Numbered from the stretch's first letter, positions 9,048-19,042 are shown. The stretch is 41,445 bases of DNA from Bdellovibrionales bacterium (GCA_043764415.1 JAYUKO010000231.1:1-41445); one strand, 5' to 3'. The notes: a model not told the origin generated them from the sequence alone. Translations and numbers: made by a program.

Positions 9048-10311
9048 TGTTCACCGTCCAGGGAGCCTTAACACCGAGGAGCTCTGCCACATTGACTGCG
9101 CTCAGCAAGCCGTCCTCATGAAAACCATAGCGCGTCCATGCCCCCGCAAAGTACACTCCGCCCTGACCTTGTATCGAAGGCAGTGCCCGTTGTGCGCGGA
9201 TGGCGGTCTGATTAAACTGTGGGTGTGCGTACTCAATTTCACGCTGGACATTATTTATTTTTTTTGTGGGATTCAGAGTTAAAAAGTAATTCGTTTTCGT
9301 GGGAAGCTTTTGCAGCTCATTTAAGTGGTAAGTTAACGACACTTTATGGCTTGCAGCTTGAACATCCGCGTTCATTTCGCCATACACATTCCATGCGGAC
9401 CAACAGCGCTTCAACTTGGGCATGGCTTGCTCTTGGTTGTGTAAGAAGGCTTTATTGCCCTCGTAGGAGATCGCTGTTAGTACACTTAGCTCCTCTGGCG
9501 ACTGGTCTTTAAGAATTTTCGCCGTGATCGGAGCGTGGGTTGCCAGAACTACGGCATCAAACTCGAAGGCCTCTTTAGACGTTTTTAAAAAAACTTTATT
9601 TTGCGCGCGTCGCACTTCTACAACCGCTGATGATAGATGGATGTGTTGAATTGCTGCGGCCGCTTTTTTAACATACTCCACGCTGCCATTTTTAACGGTT
9701 CGCCAAATCGGACGACCGTTGACTTGTAAAAGCTTATGATTGATAAAAAAAGTTAAAAATGTGGACGCTGGAAACTCCAACATCTTTTTTTCGGGCGTGG
9801 ACCAGATCGCTGCTCCGATGGGCAATAGATAATCTGATTGAAACGCCTCAGAGTACTTTCGCGCTTGCAACATATCGCCCAGGGTCCACGCGTGACGAAG
9901 TGCCGCTTGCCGGTTGGACTCGGCTTCTCGTCCAAAGCGCAGAATCTCTAAAAGCATTTTGTAAAAACTGAGTTTAAAGAGATTCCGTCGTTGTCCAAAA
10001 ATGGTATTTAAATTTCCACCGCTCCACTCTAAGTTTTTTTGCGGCACCTGAACCGAAAGCGACATGCTCGATTCCATGGTCTCCACATTAAGATGTTTAA
10101 AAAACTGCGTCAGATGGGGGTACGTGAGCTCGTTGTAAACTAAAAAGCCTGTATCCATGGGAAGGCTATTTTGCGCTTCGTTCACTACAACCGTGTGCGC
10201 ATGCCCACCCAGTCGCGATTCCGCCTCAAAAAGATGCACTTCATGCTGTTTCGACAAGAGCCAAGCTGCGCCTATTCCACTGATTCCCGAGCCAACAACT
10301 GCGATTTTCAT
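9040..10311 (-). CDS. FAD-dependent oxidoreductase (amine-oxidase family, cfa-cluster type)
   Basis: GSGISG Rossmann motif, RLGGHAHT, DTGFLVYN, WSAWN, YAHP and GFHEDG. Confidence 0.93.
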   Translation of the reverse strand: MKIAVVGSGISGIGAAWLLSKQHEVHLFEAESRLGGHAHTVVVNEAQNSLPMDTGFLVYNELTYPHLTQFFKHLNVETMESSMSLSVQVPQKNLEWSGGNLNTIFGQRRNLFKLSFYKMLLEILRFGREAESNRQAALRHAWTLGDMLQARKYSEAFQSDYLLPIGAAIWSTPEKKMLEFPASTFLTFFINHKLLQVNGRPIWRTVKNGSVEYVKKAAAAIQHIHLSSAVVEVRRAQNKVFLKTSKEAFEFDAVVLATHAPITAKILKDQSPEELSVLTAISYEGNKAFLHNQEQAMPKLKRCWSAWNVYGEMNADVQAASHKVSLTYHLNELQKLPTKTNYFLTLNPTKKINNVQREIEYAHPQFNQTAIRAQRALPSIQGQGGVYFAGAWTRYGFHEDGLLSAVNVAELLGVKAPWTVNNE

Positions 10312-10329
10312 GGCTAAATCCTTTTTGTA

Positions 10330-10354
10330 TTAATGTCACACAGTATGACATTAA
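10330..10354. promoter_or_regulatory. Probable TetR operator TTAATGTCA-N7-TGACATTAA
   Basis: Perfect 9-bp inverted repeat in the 81-bp gap between the divergent tetR gene and cfa operon. Confidence 0.75.
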
Positions 10355-10392
10355 ATCATTGATTTTTTAAATTGGGAAGTGCAAAATAACTT

Positions 10393-11016
10393 ATGGCTCA
10401 GATCAGGAAAAAAGTAAAAAAAACACCCTTATCTAAACGAAAATACAACAATACCTCACGTAGTGAGAAATCCGCACAAACCCAAAAGGCGATTATCGAG
10501 GCATTTATATCACTTCTTGTGGAACGACGAGGCGGCGAGGTCCAGCTGCAAGAAGTGGCCAAAAAAATCGGTATCGCGCAGCGAACCATCTTTCGTTTTT
10601 TTAAAGACAAAAAAACTTTGCACGACGCCATGGATAACTACCTGCTCGGGTTTTTGCAATCCAGCACGCAGCAAATGGAAACTCTGCATTTTGTGGGCTT
10701 TGCCATCAACGCGTTTAAACTTTTTGACCAACACGAATCATTGACTATGGCGTACGTTCTATCACCATTTGGGCAAGAGACACGTGTTTTGTTTCGTAAA
10801 AAATTAACACAACTGATGATTGCGCGCATTGCTGCAGAAAAAAAATTGCACGTCACTTCGCAGATGCAAAAGCGATTAGCGCTAGTAACGTGTTTGGTGA
10901 ACGCAAAAATTTGGTATGATCTCCGCGAAGATTTTGGCTACTCCGGCGAGGCCATGAGCGAGACCGTGGGCTGGGCCGTAAAATCTCTTTTGGATAACTG
11001 TGAGGACGAAGTATGA
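10393..11016 (+). CDS. TetR/AcrR family transcriptional regulator
   Basis: N-terminal HTH: LQEVAKKIGIAQRTIFRFFKDKKTL. Confidence 0.9.
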   Translation: MAQIRKKVKKTPLSKRKYNNTSRSEKSAQTQKAIIEAFISLLVERRGGEVQLQEVAKKIGIAQRTIFRFFKDKKTLHDAMDNYLLGFLQSSTQQMETLHFVGFAINAFKLFDQHESLTMAYVLSPFGQETRVLFRKKLTQLMIARIAAEKKLHVTSQMQKRLALVTCLVNAKIWYDLREDFGYSGEAMSETVGWAVKSLLDNCEDEV

Positions 11017-11819
11017 TTAAAAGAAGCCTATTTATATTAACATCCGTTTTTACAGCCGGCATTTTTTTTGGTTGCGCTACTTTATTTTCATCTCAACCTT
11101 ACGACGTGCAAAAAGACGTTATTTTTAAATCTGTCGGCAACGTCTCTTTAAAGGCCGATTTGTTTCTTCCTAAAAAAGGTAACGGGCGTCCAGCGATAGT
11201 GGTGATCCACGGTGGTTCCTGGGCAAAACGAAGCGGCGATATGGAAAGTTTGTGTAAAGACTTGGTCGCGGAGGGATTCGTTGTCATGAACGTTACGTAT
11301 CGCTTGGCTCCCGAGCATCTATATCCCAAAGCTCTCGATGACGTGCGTGACGCCATTGCGTGGCTTAAACACAGTGCCGCTCCGTTGAAGATTGATCCCG
11401 AAAAACTCTACGTATGGGGCTACTCCTCAGGTGCCCATTTGGCCCTGCTCGCCAGCCTCGATGGAACTCTTGGCGTAAAGGCAGTTGTGGCCGGCGGCAC
11501 GCCGGCTAACCTTACCGCCTGGCCCAACTCTCCACTGGTTAAAACATTTCTGGGTGTTTCGTACGCCGAAAACCAACAACTCTGGGAAAAAGCCTCCCCG
11601 GTTTTTCAAGTGAGCGAAAATTCACCCCCGGTATTTTTATACCACGGCGCCTGGGATAGCCTCGTAGAACCCGAACAGATGGACATGATGGCCGCAGCTC
11701 TACAAAAAAAGAACCGCGAAGTAAAAACCTACAGAGTATCTTTTTTCGGCCACATCGCCGTATATCTATTTAGTTATTCATCGATCGACCAAGGCATCGA
11801 ATTTATCAAAGCCCATTAA
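11013..11819 (+). CDS. Alpha/beta hydrolase (esterase/lipase), probable lipoprotein
   Basis: HGGSW oxyanion motif, YRLAP, GYSSG nucleophile, HGAWD Asp and FGH His; ATGA overlap with tetR. Confidence 0.9.
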   Translation: MIKRSLFILTSVFTAGIFFGCATLFSSQPYDVQKDVIFKSVGNVSLKADLFLPKKGNGRPAIVVIHGGSWAKRSGDMESLCKDLVAEGFVVMNVTYRLAPEHLYPKALDDVRDAIAWLKHSAAPLKIDPEKLYVWGYSSGAHLALLASLDGTLGVKAVVAGGTPANLTAWPNSPLVKTFLGVSYAENQQLWEKASPVFQVSENSPPVFLYHGAWDSLVEPEQMDMMAAALQKKNREVKTYRVSFFGHIAVYLFSYSSIDQGIEFIKAH

Positions 11820-12691
11820 AGTGCAGTTTTTTCGACACCTAAAATTTTTTGTAGAAAAGTGTTTTTCTCGTTGATGCGAACACAAAACGGAATGTCTTCT
11901 TCGAGTTCTCTCTTTTGCACGCAGGCATCGGTAATAAACTTTGCGTTCACAAGTGCTAAAGCGCTGGTGTAGTCCTTCACTTTAGCCTTTACAGTTTTGA
12001 TCTTTCCGTTACGGATAATTTTTAACTGAACATGCTTATCCGCCTTGTTAGCTTCGATGATGGCGCAAGCGGAAATCTCGCAGCGTTTGTCACCGACATT
12101 GATAACAACATCACCTTCTCGAAGAACGCTGTTTACGGACGTTTTTTTTACAATCAAACCACCCTTAAAATCTTTCGTTATCTCATGCACTAAGTCCCGA
12201 CCAATCTCTTCGAATTTTGGAACATCTTCCAGTGCTTTGTAACTATCTACACATTGAAAAACTGAAAAATAGCGCGGGTACCGTTCTTTCACCGGATAAC
12301 TGCTTGTTGAAACGGTGGTAAAATCTCGGCTGGTATTGCGGTACGTTTTGCCCTGGAATTTCGAATAACCGGGTATCGTATTGGTATTGGTAACAACTTG
12401 CGTGTAATTAAGCTCTGTTGTTTTATCAAAAGTCCCAATGATCAAAGCAAGCTTTCCATGCGCATCGCAAATTTCATTGGCTTTAAGATGTGTAAAACTC
12501 TTTGCACGAGAAATGGAAGTATACTTATTGCCACTAAAAACAACGATGTTGCCATCTAAATCCTTCGCCGTTTCGGTCACAAAACCATAGCCATCGGTTT
12601 TATCCTGATAGGGCGTTGGACCAAAACTCGCACAAGCCGTCAACGCAGATAAAGCTGCAAGTAATATGAAAACCCGATAAATTTGAATCAT
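11816..12691 (-). CDS. Hypothetical lipoprotein with PDZ-like C-terminal region
   Basis: ALTAC lipobox; GLIVK..LREGDVVINVG..VQLKIIRNGK is PDZ-like. Confidence 0.65.
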   Translation of the reverse strand: MIQIYRVFILLAALSALTACASFGPTPYQDKTDGYGFVTETAKDLDGNIVVFSGNKYTSISRAKSFTHLKANEICDAHGKLALIIGTFDKTTELNYTQVVTNTNTIPGYSKFQGKTYRNTSRDFTTVSTSSYPVKERYPRYFSVFQCVDSYKALEDVPKFEEIGRDLVHEITKDFKGGLIVKKTSVNSVLREGDVVINVGDKRCEISACAIIEANKADKHVQLKIIRNGKIKTVKAKVKDYTSALALVNAKFITDACVQKRELEEDIPFCVRINEKNTFLQKILGVEKTAL

Positions 12692-12799
12692 CTCAACCTC
12701 TCAAAAAACTTTAAAAGCGTTATAACACAACCTACAGTGAGAGAATTCCAAAGGCGTCGCGCTATGTAATTTTTATCGAATCGTTACTTTGAGACACAC

Positions 12800-12967
12800 T
12801 TTTGGGATTCATTGCATAAAAATAATTTCCCATTTTTTTAAAGGGTTCTTTTTAAGACCTCTCGCAAACAGGATGTTTCGTCCTGCGAGCGAGTCCAGGA
12901 TGGACGCGTCTTAAAAAGAAGCCCTTTAAAAAAATGGGAAATTATTTTTATGCAATGAATCCCAAAA
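12800..12967. repeat. Long palindromic element, copy 1 (59/60-nt arms around a 49-nt core)
   Basis: Arms 12800-12858 and 12908-12967 are exact reverse complements except one extra G at 12921; core is 12859-12907. Confidence 0.95.
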
Positions 12968-12975
12968 CGCCGAAT

Positions 12976-14892
12976 CTACTCGAGGTAGACTTTGAGTTTC
13001 TTGTCGTCCGTCCAAATTTCGCCAACAGCGGGAGCTGTTTTAACAACGCGGCCTTTGCGACCCACAAGGTTTAAATCGACTTTTTCTTTTTGCACATAGC
13101 GAAGCACATCGCGGAGAGCCCAGCCCTTCATGTCAGGCACAAAAGCCTCACCCTCCGTGCCAAGGAGAACCTCGTGAATTTCGGTGCGCGGCTTAATTAA
13201 ATCCTCTTCGGAAATTTGCACGGGTGCCAGTCCACGCTTATTGATCGCGTAGTGCGCGATTTTCGCAAAAATAGGAGCTGCCGTTTCTGACCCGTAATAC
13301 CCATTGTTGCGAGGATTATCCACCACCACATAGATTAAAAACTCAGGATCGTTTGCTGGCAAAAAACCAATGAAGCTCGAAATATATTGCCCTTTTAAAT
13401 ACCCACGACCGTGGGGATCCACTTTTTGCGCCGTGCCGGTTTTTCCCGCCACAGGAAATCCTCGCACGCGCGCTGCCTTTCCCGTGGCTGTTTCGGCCGT
13501 GGCTGCCACCAGCATCATTTTGATTCTCTCGGCTTCCTTATCCGAGAGCACCCGGCCCATGTTGCGCTCTTGCGCTGTTTTAGCGTCGAGAATTTCTTTT
13601 TGCGATTTCACAAGAATGGGTCGTTGCAGGACACCTTTGTTGGCAATGGCGGCGTAGGCGTTGGCCATTTGCAGAGCCGTCACCGCGATGCCGTGGCCAA
13701 AAGAAATATTGGCTTTGTGGTGATCGCGCCATGGAGGCGTTAAAAAGATTCCTTTGGATTCTCCCAGAATATCGATTCCCGTTTTTTCGCCAAAGCCAAA
13801 CTTTTTATATTCTTCGTAAATCTGCTTATCCTTCATCTTAAGGGAGATTTTAGAAACCCCCACGTTGGACGAATTGGCTAGGACTTCGGTGGTGGAAAGT
13901 TTTTCGTAGGTGTGATGAGCATCGGATTCGCGAATCACTCGTTTGTCGATTTCGATTTGGCCAGTTGAGGTATCGATCACTGAGTTGCCTTGAATGATTC
14001 CATTTTTAAGAGCAGCCGCTAAGAACATGGTCTTCATGGTGCTGCCGGGCTCGTAGATATCGGTGGTGATGCGATTGCGGCGAGATTCCTTACTTGCGCC
14101 ACCGGCATTGTTGATATCAAAGTCGGGAAGCGATGCCATGGTGAGGATCTCGCCAGTTTTAGGACTCATCACAATAGCCCACGCCGCCTCGGCGTTGTGG
14201 TGCACCAATGCTTTTTTAAGTTCCTGCTCGGTGAAGTACTGAAGGTCTGCATCGATGGTGAGGTACACGTCCTCGCCGTCGCGGTTTTGCATAAACAGCC
14301 AACCGTCCTCCACCAAAAATCGCCCGCGGGCATCTTTCGGAAGATTCATGACTTTATCCTCAGCACTCAGGCGAGCATCGTAGCGAGCCTCGATGCCCTC
14401 AAGCCCATGACCATCGGCACCTACAAAACCAATGGTGTGGGCCATTAAATTTTTATTGGGATACACCCGTTTGAATTCGTCTTTAAAACCCAAACCCTTT
14501 TCGTTGAGCGCCAGGATTTTCTTTTTGCTGTTTTCGTCGAGCAAGCGCTGAATCCAAACAAAGCGCGAATTCTTTTTAGTCAATTTTTTGTAAATAGTTT
14601 TTTGCGACAGTGGCAAAATCTGTGACATTTTTTTTGCCAACCGGCGCGGCGTTTTGATTAACAGTGGATCGGCAAAAAGCGAAAAGGCAGGTACTGAGAT
14701 CGCGAGCTCCTGGCCATTGCGATCAAAAATATCTCCGCGCTTGGAATAGAGCTTCACAATCCGTTGATACTGCTTTTGGCTTGCGAGATCTAAATTGTGA
14801 CTGGGATAAAGTTGAATTTGTAATCCGCGGAAAACCAGGAGTGACCAGATCGCAAAAAACCAAATGAGCAGTATGGATAGACGATGCTTCAT
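12976..14892 (-). CDS. ftsI: Penicillin-binding protein 3 (FtsI) with C-terminal PASTA domain
   Basis: RGDIFDRNG, RVYP, GLEGIE, EPGSTMK (SxxK), SSN and KTGTAQ; downstream of rsmH-ftsL. Confidence 0.95.
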   Translation of the reverse strand: MKHRLSILLIWFFAIWSLLVFRGLQIQLYPSHNLDLASQKQYQRIVKLYSKRGDIFDRNGQELAISVPAFSLFADPLLIKTPRRLAKKMSQILPLSQKTIYKKLTKKNSRFVWIQRLLDENSKKKILALNEKGLGFKDEFKRVYPNKNLMAHTIGFVGADGHGLEGIEARYDARLSAEDKVMNLPKDARGRFLVEDGWLFMQNRDGEDVYLTIDADLQYFTEQELKKALVHHNAEAAWAIVMSPKTGEILTMASLPDFDINNAGGASKESRRNRITTDIYEPGSTMKTMFLAAALKNGIIQGNSVIDTSTGQIEIDKRVIRESDAHHTYEKLSTTEVLANSSNVGVSKISLKMKDKQIYEEYKKFGFGEKTGIDILGESKGIFLTPPWRDHHKANISFGHGIAVTALQMANAYAAIANKGVLQRPILVKSQKEILDAKTAQERNMGRVLSDKEAERIKMMLVAATAETATGKAARVRGFPVAGKTGTAQKVDPHGRGYLKGQYISSFIGFLPANDPEFLIYVVVDNPRNNGYYGSETAAPIFAKIAHYAINKRGLAPVQISEEDLIKPRTEIHEVLLGTEGEAFVPDMKGWALRDVLRYVQKEKVDLNLVGRKGRVVKTAPAVGEIWTDDKKLKVYLE

Positions 14893-14899
14893 AGTTTAC

Positions 14900-15196
14900 T
14901 TACTTTACAGCGACGGTGCCTTGCCCAGCCACACGAATCACTTGTCCTTGTTTTGCGTTTTGAAATGTCAGTTGAGTGGTCGCGATTTTGCGCACACGCT
15001 CGGGGCTTGTCATGCGTGCCAGGCTCACCATGCTCAATTGTTGTCTTTGAGTGGCGCGTTTTTCTTTTTCGGCAAGCTCTAACAAAGCGTAGCCCATTCG
15101 ACGGTTTTCCATTTTTACATAAACAATGGCGAATAAAGATAACAGCAAAATAAATACGCTAAAGAATGGCTTTATATTTTCATTCAAATTTTTCAT
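14900..15196 (-). CDS. ftsL: Cell division protein FtsL-like
   Basis: One TM helix plus coiled coil ending SPERVRKIA; lies between rsmH and ftsI; GGAGG RBS before ATG 15196. Confidence 0.8.
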   Translation of the reverse strand: MKNLNENIKPFFSVFILLLSLFAIVYVKMENRRMGYALLELAEKEKRATQRQQLSMVSLARMTSPERVRKIATTQLTFQNAKQGQVIRVAGQGTVAVK

Positions 15197-16076
15197 CCGG
15201 CCTCCGCAAAAATCCACGTAGCTTCGCACTTCGCGATCGAGGATTCAGTTTTTGCTCCTCGTCGTTTGCCACAATGACCTTCTTATTAATACGATACCCG
15301 AATTCTTCGTGATCCTTAAAGATATTTTTAGCAATCCGATCCTCTAAAGAGTGAAACGTCATCACAACCAGCACTCCACCCGGGACTAAAGACCTGATCA
15401 TGCGCGGCAGACTGTCTTGCACACTCTCCAACTCCTGATTCACTCGCAAGCGAAGGCCCAAAAAATACTGCGTCGCTGGATGCTTGCCTTTTTTTTGCCA
15501 GCCGTCAATTCGCTCGATCAACCCTGCGAGCTGATGGGTTGTGGTAAACGGCTTGGTTTGTCGATCGAACAGAATGGCGCGAATCACGCGGTAGGGGCTG
15601 CGAACTTCGCCGTAATTTTTAAAAATATCAATCAAGTCTTCTTCATCCCATTCATTGATCATTGTGGCTGCCGAGATTTTTTGATTTTGATTCATCCGCA
15701 TATCCAATGGGCCGTTGTGGTAAAAACTAAATCCCCGCTCGGGATTATCCAGCTGGGGCGAGCTCACTCCTAAATCCAATAAAATAAGATCAAACGAGTC
15801 GCCATTTTGCTCGGTAAATTTTGCAAATGTTCCGTGGAACATGGTGAGGCGCCCGGGAAACTGCGGTTCGATCACTTTTTCACCGTGTTCGATGGCGGTT
15901 AAATCCTGATCCACGCCCACAACATGAAGAGTGGTATATCGCTGCATCAAAGCCGCCGAATGCCCACCGCGACCGAAGGTTCCATCCAGCAATTTGCGAG
16001 GCTCTGAAGGACCCGCATTGAAGAGTTCGATGATTTCATTGAGCATGACCGGGACATGATGATTGGATTCTGACAT
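15180..16076 (-). CDS. rsmH: 16S rRNA m4C1402 methyltransferase RsmH (MraW)
   Basis: HVPVML, DGTFGRGGHS, DLGVSSPQLD..RGFSF, PLDMRM, FHSLEDR and NPRSRSAKLR. Confidence 0.97.
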   Translation of the reverse strand: MSESNHHVPVMLNEIIELFNAGPSEPRKLLDGTFGRGGHSAALMQRYTTLHVVGVDQDLTAIEHGEKVIEPQFPGRLTMFHGTFAKFTEQNGDSFDLILLDLGVSSPQLDNPERGFSFYHNGPLDMRMNQNQKISAATMINEWDEEDLIDIFKNYGEVRSPYRVIRAILFDRQTKPFTTTHQLAGLIERIDGWQKKGKHPATQYFLGLRLRVNQELESVQDSLPRMIRSLVPGGVLVVMTFHSLEDRIAKNIFKDHEEFGYRINKKVIVANDEEQKLNPRSRSAKLRGFLRRPDEKFE

Positions 16077-16191
16077 TCGGTGATTTTACGCTCGCTGCGG
16101 GACGAAGTCAGTTAGACCATAGGCGAGGAGCGTCAACTCTCTTTAGCTCATCACAAAACACTATGTTAGTCTGTTTTGAGAAGGATTTTTC

Positions 16192-17136
16192 ATGATAAAG
16201 TGTCCAAAATGCGACTTCGAACAGCCCGAGGATATTTATTGCGCCCAATGCGGCGTCAATATGAAAAACTTTGTTCCTCCGCCAAAATCCATCCTTGCTT
16301 TGTTGCTCTCCAATCAAAACCCCATTTTGGGAATTTTGTTTGTGGGCATTATTATTTTTGTCTTGTACGACTACGCCCTTTCTAAAAAACCAAGAACCAA
16401 CACCGTGGCCGCCATCACAAAACAAACCAGCGAGCAGATGGATGTGCAAGACTCCCAAACGCCGTCTTCTTACAAGCCAGCGATTGAAACACAGCAGGCT
16501 CAGCTCGCCGAAGCCCCCAAAATTGAAAAAGTGGCCCAGGAAGCTCCTCGTCCCGCGCGCGTTGCTAACGACTTACCGGTTCCCGGGGCCGCGGTAGCAA
16601 AGTCCTCCTTACAAATTTCTTTTTATCAAATTTCCCGAGCCTTGTTGGGCGAAATTCAGCGCGAAACCAACGCCAGCCCCTTTAACGGCGATGGTTTTGG
16701 CGGCATCATTGCAAAAAAGCGTCTTGCGGTTTTGCGCAGAAGTCCCGAGCTCAAATCTATTTCCACAAATCGCTATAAACTTGATGGTCATCCCATCAGC
16801 ATTTTTAAAGGGCAAAAAAGTGGCGAGGCTGCAAAAAGCATCGGGCTCTATTTTCAGGTAAATCCCCTCAAGAATGATGCTACGTCCACCCAAATCGAAG
16901 TTAAAAGTTGGGGAAGCCTAAAACTTCAGGAGAACGACGAAAATCTCTTCACCAGCGAAATGACGCTCAACTCTCAATCGGTGGCCATGATCGCAGGCTT
17001 TCTTCCCAAGGATAAAGTCTTTGGGGATGAGGAAAAATCCATTTTCGAAACCGATCGTGCCCTCAAAATCTATAATTCTGAGGGCTTTTGGGACGGTGAC
17101 ATTGATTTGATCATGTTTGTTGAACTTCCCGATTGA
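16192..17136 (+). CDS. Hypothetical membrane protein with N-terminal zinc ribbon
   Basis: CPKC..CAQC, one TM helix, low-complexity linker and a globular C-terminal domain. Confidence 0.75.
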   Translation: MIKCPKCDFEQPEDIYCAQCGVNMKNFVPPPKSILALLLSNQNPILGILFVGIIIFVLYDYALSKKPRTNTVAAITKQTSEQMDVQDSQTPSSYKPAIETQQAQLAEAPKIEKVAQEAPRPARVANDLPVPGAAVAKSSLQISFYQISRALLGEIQRETNASPFNGDGFGGIIAKKRLAVLRRSPELKSISTNRYKLDGHPISIFKGQKSGEAAKSIGLYFQVNPLKNDATSTQIEVKSWGSLKLQENDENLFTSEMTLNSQSVAMIAGFLPKDKVFGDEEKSIFETDRALKIYNSEGFWDGDIDLIMFVELPD

Positions 17137-17154
17137 GCACGCTATAAAACCCAA

Positions 17155-17946
17155 ATGGGGTACAAGTCTTACGAGATTGAACATCGATATCCAGCCAATG
17201 TGCACATTTTGCATCATCCAACGATGAACTCTTTGCTCACCAAGCTTTGCGCCCCCGAAACACTACAACCCGAATTCAATCGCTTAGTGGCGACCATTTA
17301 CAGCACATTGTTTATCGAGGCGATCAACAACGAATGGCCAAAAATCACTGTAAAAAAATCGACGCGCATGACGGCGTCCCATCCTGAATGTTTATATACC
17401 GGTGAAATTCTCGATGATAAACAAAAGGCTGTGATTGTGGATATCGCCCGCGCTGGCATGTTGCCTAGCCAAGTGGGTTTTGATCTTTTGTGCCACACGG
17501 TGAACCCGCATTTGGTGCGACAGGATCACATCTTTGCTTCTCGCATCGTCAACGCGCAAAATACCGTCACAGGAACCGACCTTGCAGGTTCAAAAATTGG
17601 CGGCGACGTTACAAACTCCATCGTCATTTTGCCAGATCCCATGGGCGCCACCGGTCAGTCGTTATCGACCGTTTTGGATTTTTATAAAAAAAATATAAAA
17701 GGTCCTGCGAAAAAGTGGATTGCAGTGCATCTGATCGTAACGCCAGAATACATTCGGCAAATCACCCAGGCTCATCCCGACGTGATTATTTACACCGCCC
17801 GCGTAGACCGTGGACTTTCCAGCGAATCGGTTTTAAAAACTATTCCGGGTGAGCGCTGGGCCGATGAACGCGGCCTCAACGACCAACAATATATTGTCCC
17901 CGGCGCTGGTGGCGTCGGCGAATTGATTAGCAACTCATTTGTGTAA
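17155..17946 (+). CDS. upp: Uracil phosphoribosyltransferase
   Basis: IARAG, PDPMGATGQS PRPP-binding loop and LNDQQYIVPGAGGVGE. Confidence 0.9.
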   Translation: MGYKSYEIEHRYPANVHILHHPTMNSLLTKLCAPETLQPEFNRLVATIYSTLFIEAINNEWPKITVKKSTRMTASHPECLYTGEILDDKQKAVIVDIARAGMLPSQVGFDLLCHTVNPHLVRQDHIFASRIVNAQNTVTGTDLAGSKIGGDVTNSIVILPDPMGATGQSLSTVLDFYKKNIKGPAKKWIAVHLIVTPEYIRQITQAHPDVIIYTARVDRGLSSESVLKTIPGERWADERGLNDQQYIVPGAGGVGELISNSFV

Positions 17947-17961
17947 TAAACAGGGGGAACC

Positions 17962-18492
17962 ATGGTGCCATTAAAACTTTCAAAACTGATTGATGAAAAA
18001 ACGCTGCAAGAACGCGTAAAGCAATTGGGAGCGCAGATCACTAAAGATTTTAAAGGCGAAGATGTGGTGGCCATTTGCATCTTAAAAGGCTCCTACATGT
18101 TTTACTCTGATCTCATTCGCGAAATCGACGCCAATGTCATCTGTGAATTTTTTGGTGTTTCCAGCTACCACGGCGACACGCAATCGTCGGGCGAGGTAAA
18201 GGTAACTTTGGATCTCACCAATCCCCTCGAAGGAAAAAATGTTCTGTTGGTCGAAGACATCGTAGACTCTGGGCTCACCATGACTTACCTCAAGACTTGT
18301 TTGCAAGCGCGCCAGCCAAAAAGCCTCAAAACAGTTTCACTACTTGTTAAACCCGACGCCATGAAAGCCGATGTGCAGTTGGATTATTTTGGCTTCGAAA
18401 TCAAAAACGAATTTGTGGTGGGTTACGGCCTTGATTATCAAGAGCTCTATCGCAATCTTCCCTACATCGCTAAAGCAGATAATTTGAATTAG
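17962..18492 (+). CDS. hpt: Hypoxanthine phosphoribosyltransferase
   Basis: ILKGS, VSSY, VLLVEDIVDSGLT, FVVGYGLDY and RNLPYI. Confidence 0.97.
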   Translation: MVPLKLSKLIDEKTLQERVKQLGAQITKDFKGEDVVAICILKGSYMFYSDLIREIDANVICEFFGVSSYHGDTQSSGEVKVTLDLTNPLEGKNVLLVEDIVDSGLTMTYLKTCLQARQPKSLKTVSLLVKPDAMKADVQLDYFGFEIKNEFVVGYGLDYQELYRNLPYIAKADNLN

Positions 18493-18507
18493 CTCGGAGG
18501 AGTCCGA

Positions 18508-19005
18508 ATGAGAATTTTTTTAGCTATTTCATTTTGTTTATTTACATCATGCTCTCGGTTTAGTAAAGAGCCCGTGGCGCCGTCGGTGCAGGTGGCGACT
18601 CCAGCGGAAAAAACAAACGACACTGAAAATGTTTGCATGAATGCATTTCAGAAAACAATTTATGAACTCGACACCAATGGAAATTTTCAGTCACTCTACG
18701 ACTTTTACAAAAACCATAGCAACTGCATGGACGGCGCTTACTCTCAGGGGATTGAGGGAGCCATCAGCTTAAGTTTGGACGTTTTCTGGAAGAATCTTCC
18801 TGATCTTGCAAAATTATTTGATGCTGATAAAGAGTTTAAAAATTTCTTTTTTAAAAGTATGGGCTGTTATGTTTCGGCCACCGAGAAACAGCTAGCCAAT
18901 GTTGTGGTTAAAGCACAAGGCGAATGTCCCGCCGCTCTGAAAAATCTCTGTGTAGAGCTAAAATCAAAAGCCGAAAAAGAAATTTCTTACGCGAAGTCGC
19001 AATAG
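18508..19005 (+). CDS. Cys-rich helical hypothetical lipoprotein
   Basis: LFTSC lipobox, GGAGG RBS and several further Cys residues. Confidence 0.7.
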   Translation: MRIFLAISFCLFTSCSRFSKEPVAPSVQVATPAEKTNDTENVCMNAFQKTIYELDTNGNFQSLYDFYKNHSNCMDGAYSQGIEGAISLSLDVFWKNLPDLAKLFDADKEFKNFFFKSMGCYVSATEKQLANVVVKAQGECPAALKNLCVELKSKAEKEISYAKSQ

Positions 19006-19042
19006 ATTGCGACGCTGTGCCGCCGGTAAAGGTACTTGGTAC

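Noticed and set aside
12800-12967. Palindromic elements as plain intrinsic terminators or CRISPR repeats
   Set aside because: Stems over 50 bp with a conserved internal core exceed terminator needs; there is no repeat-spacer periodicity or cas gene.
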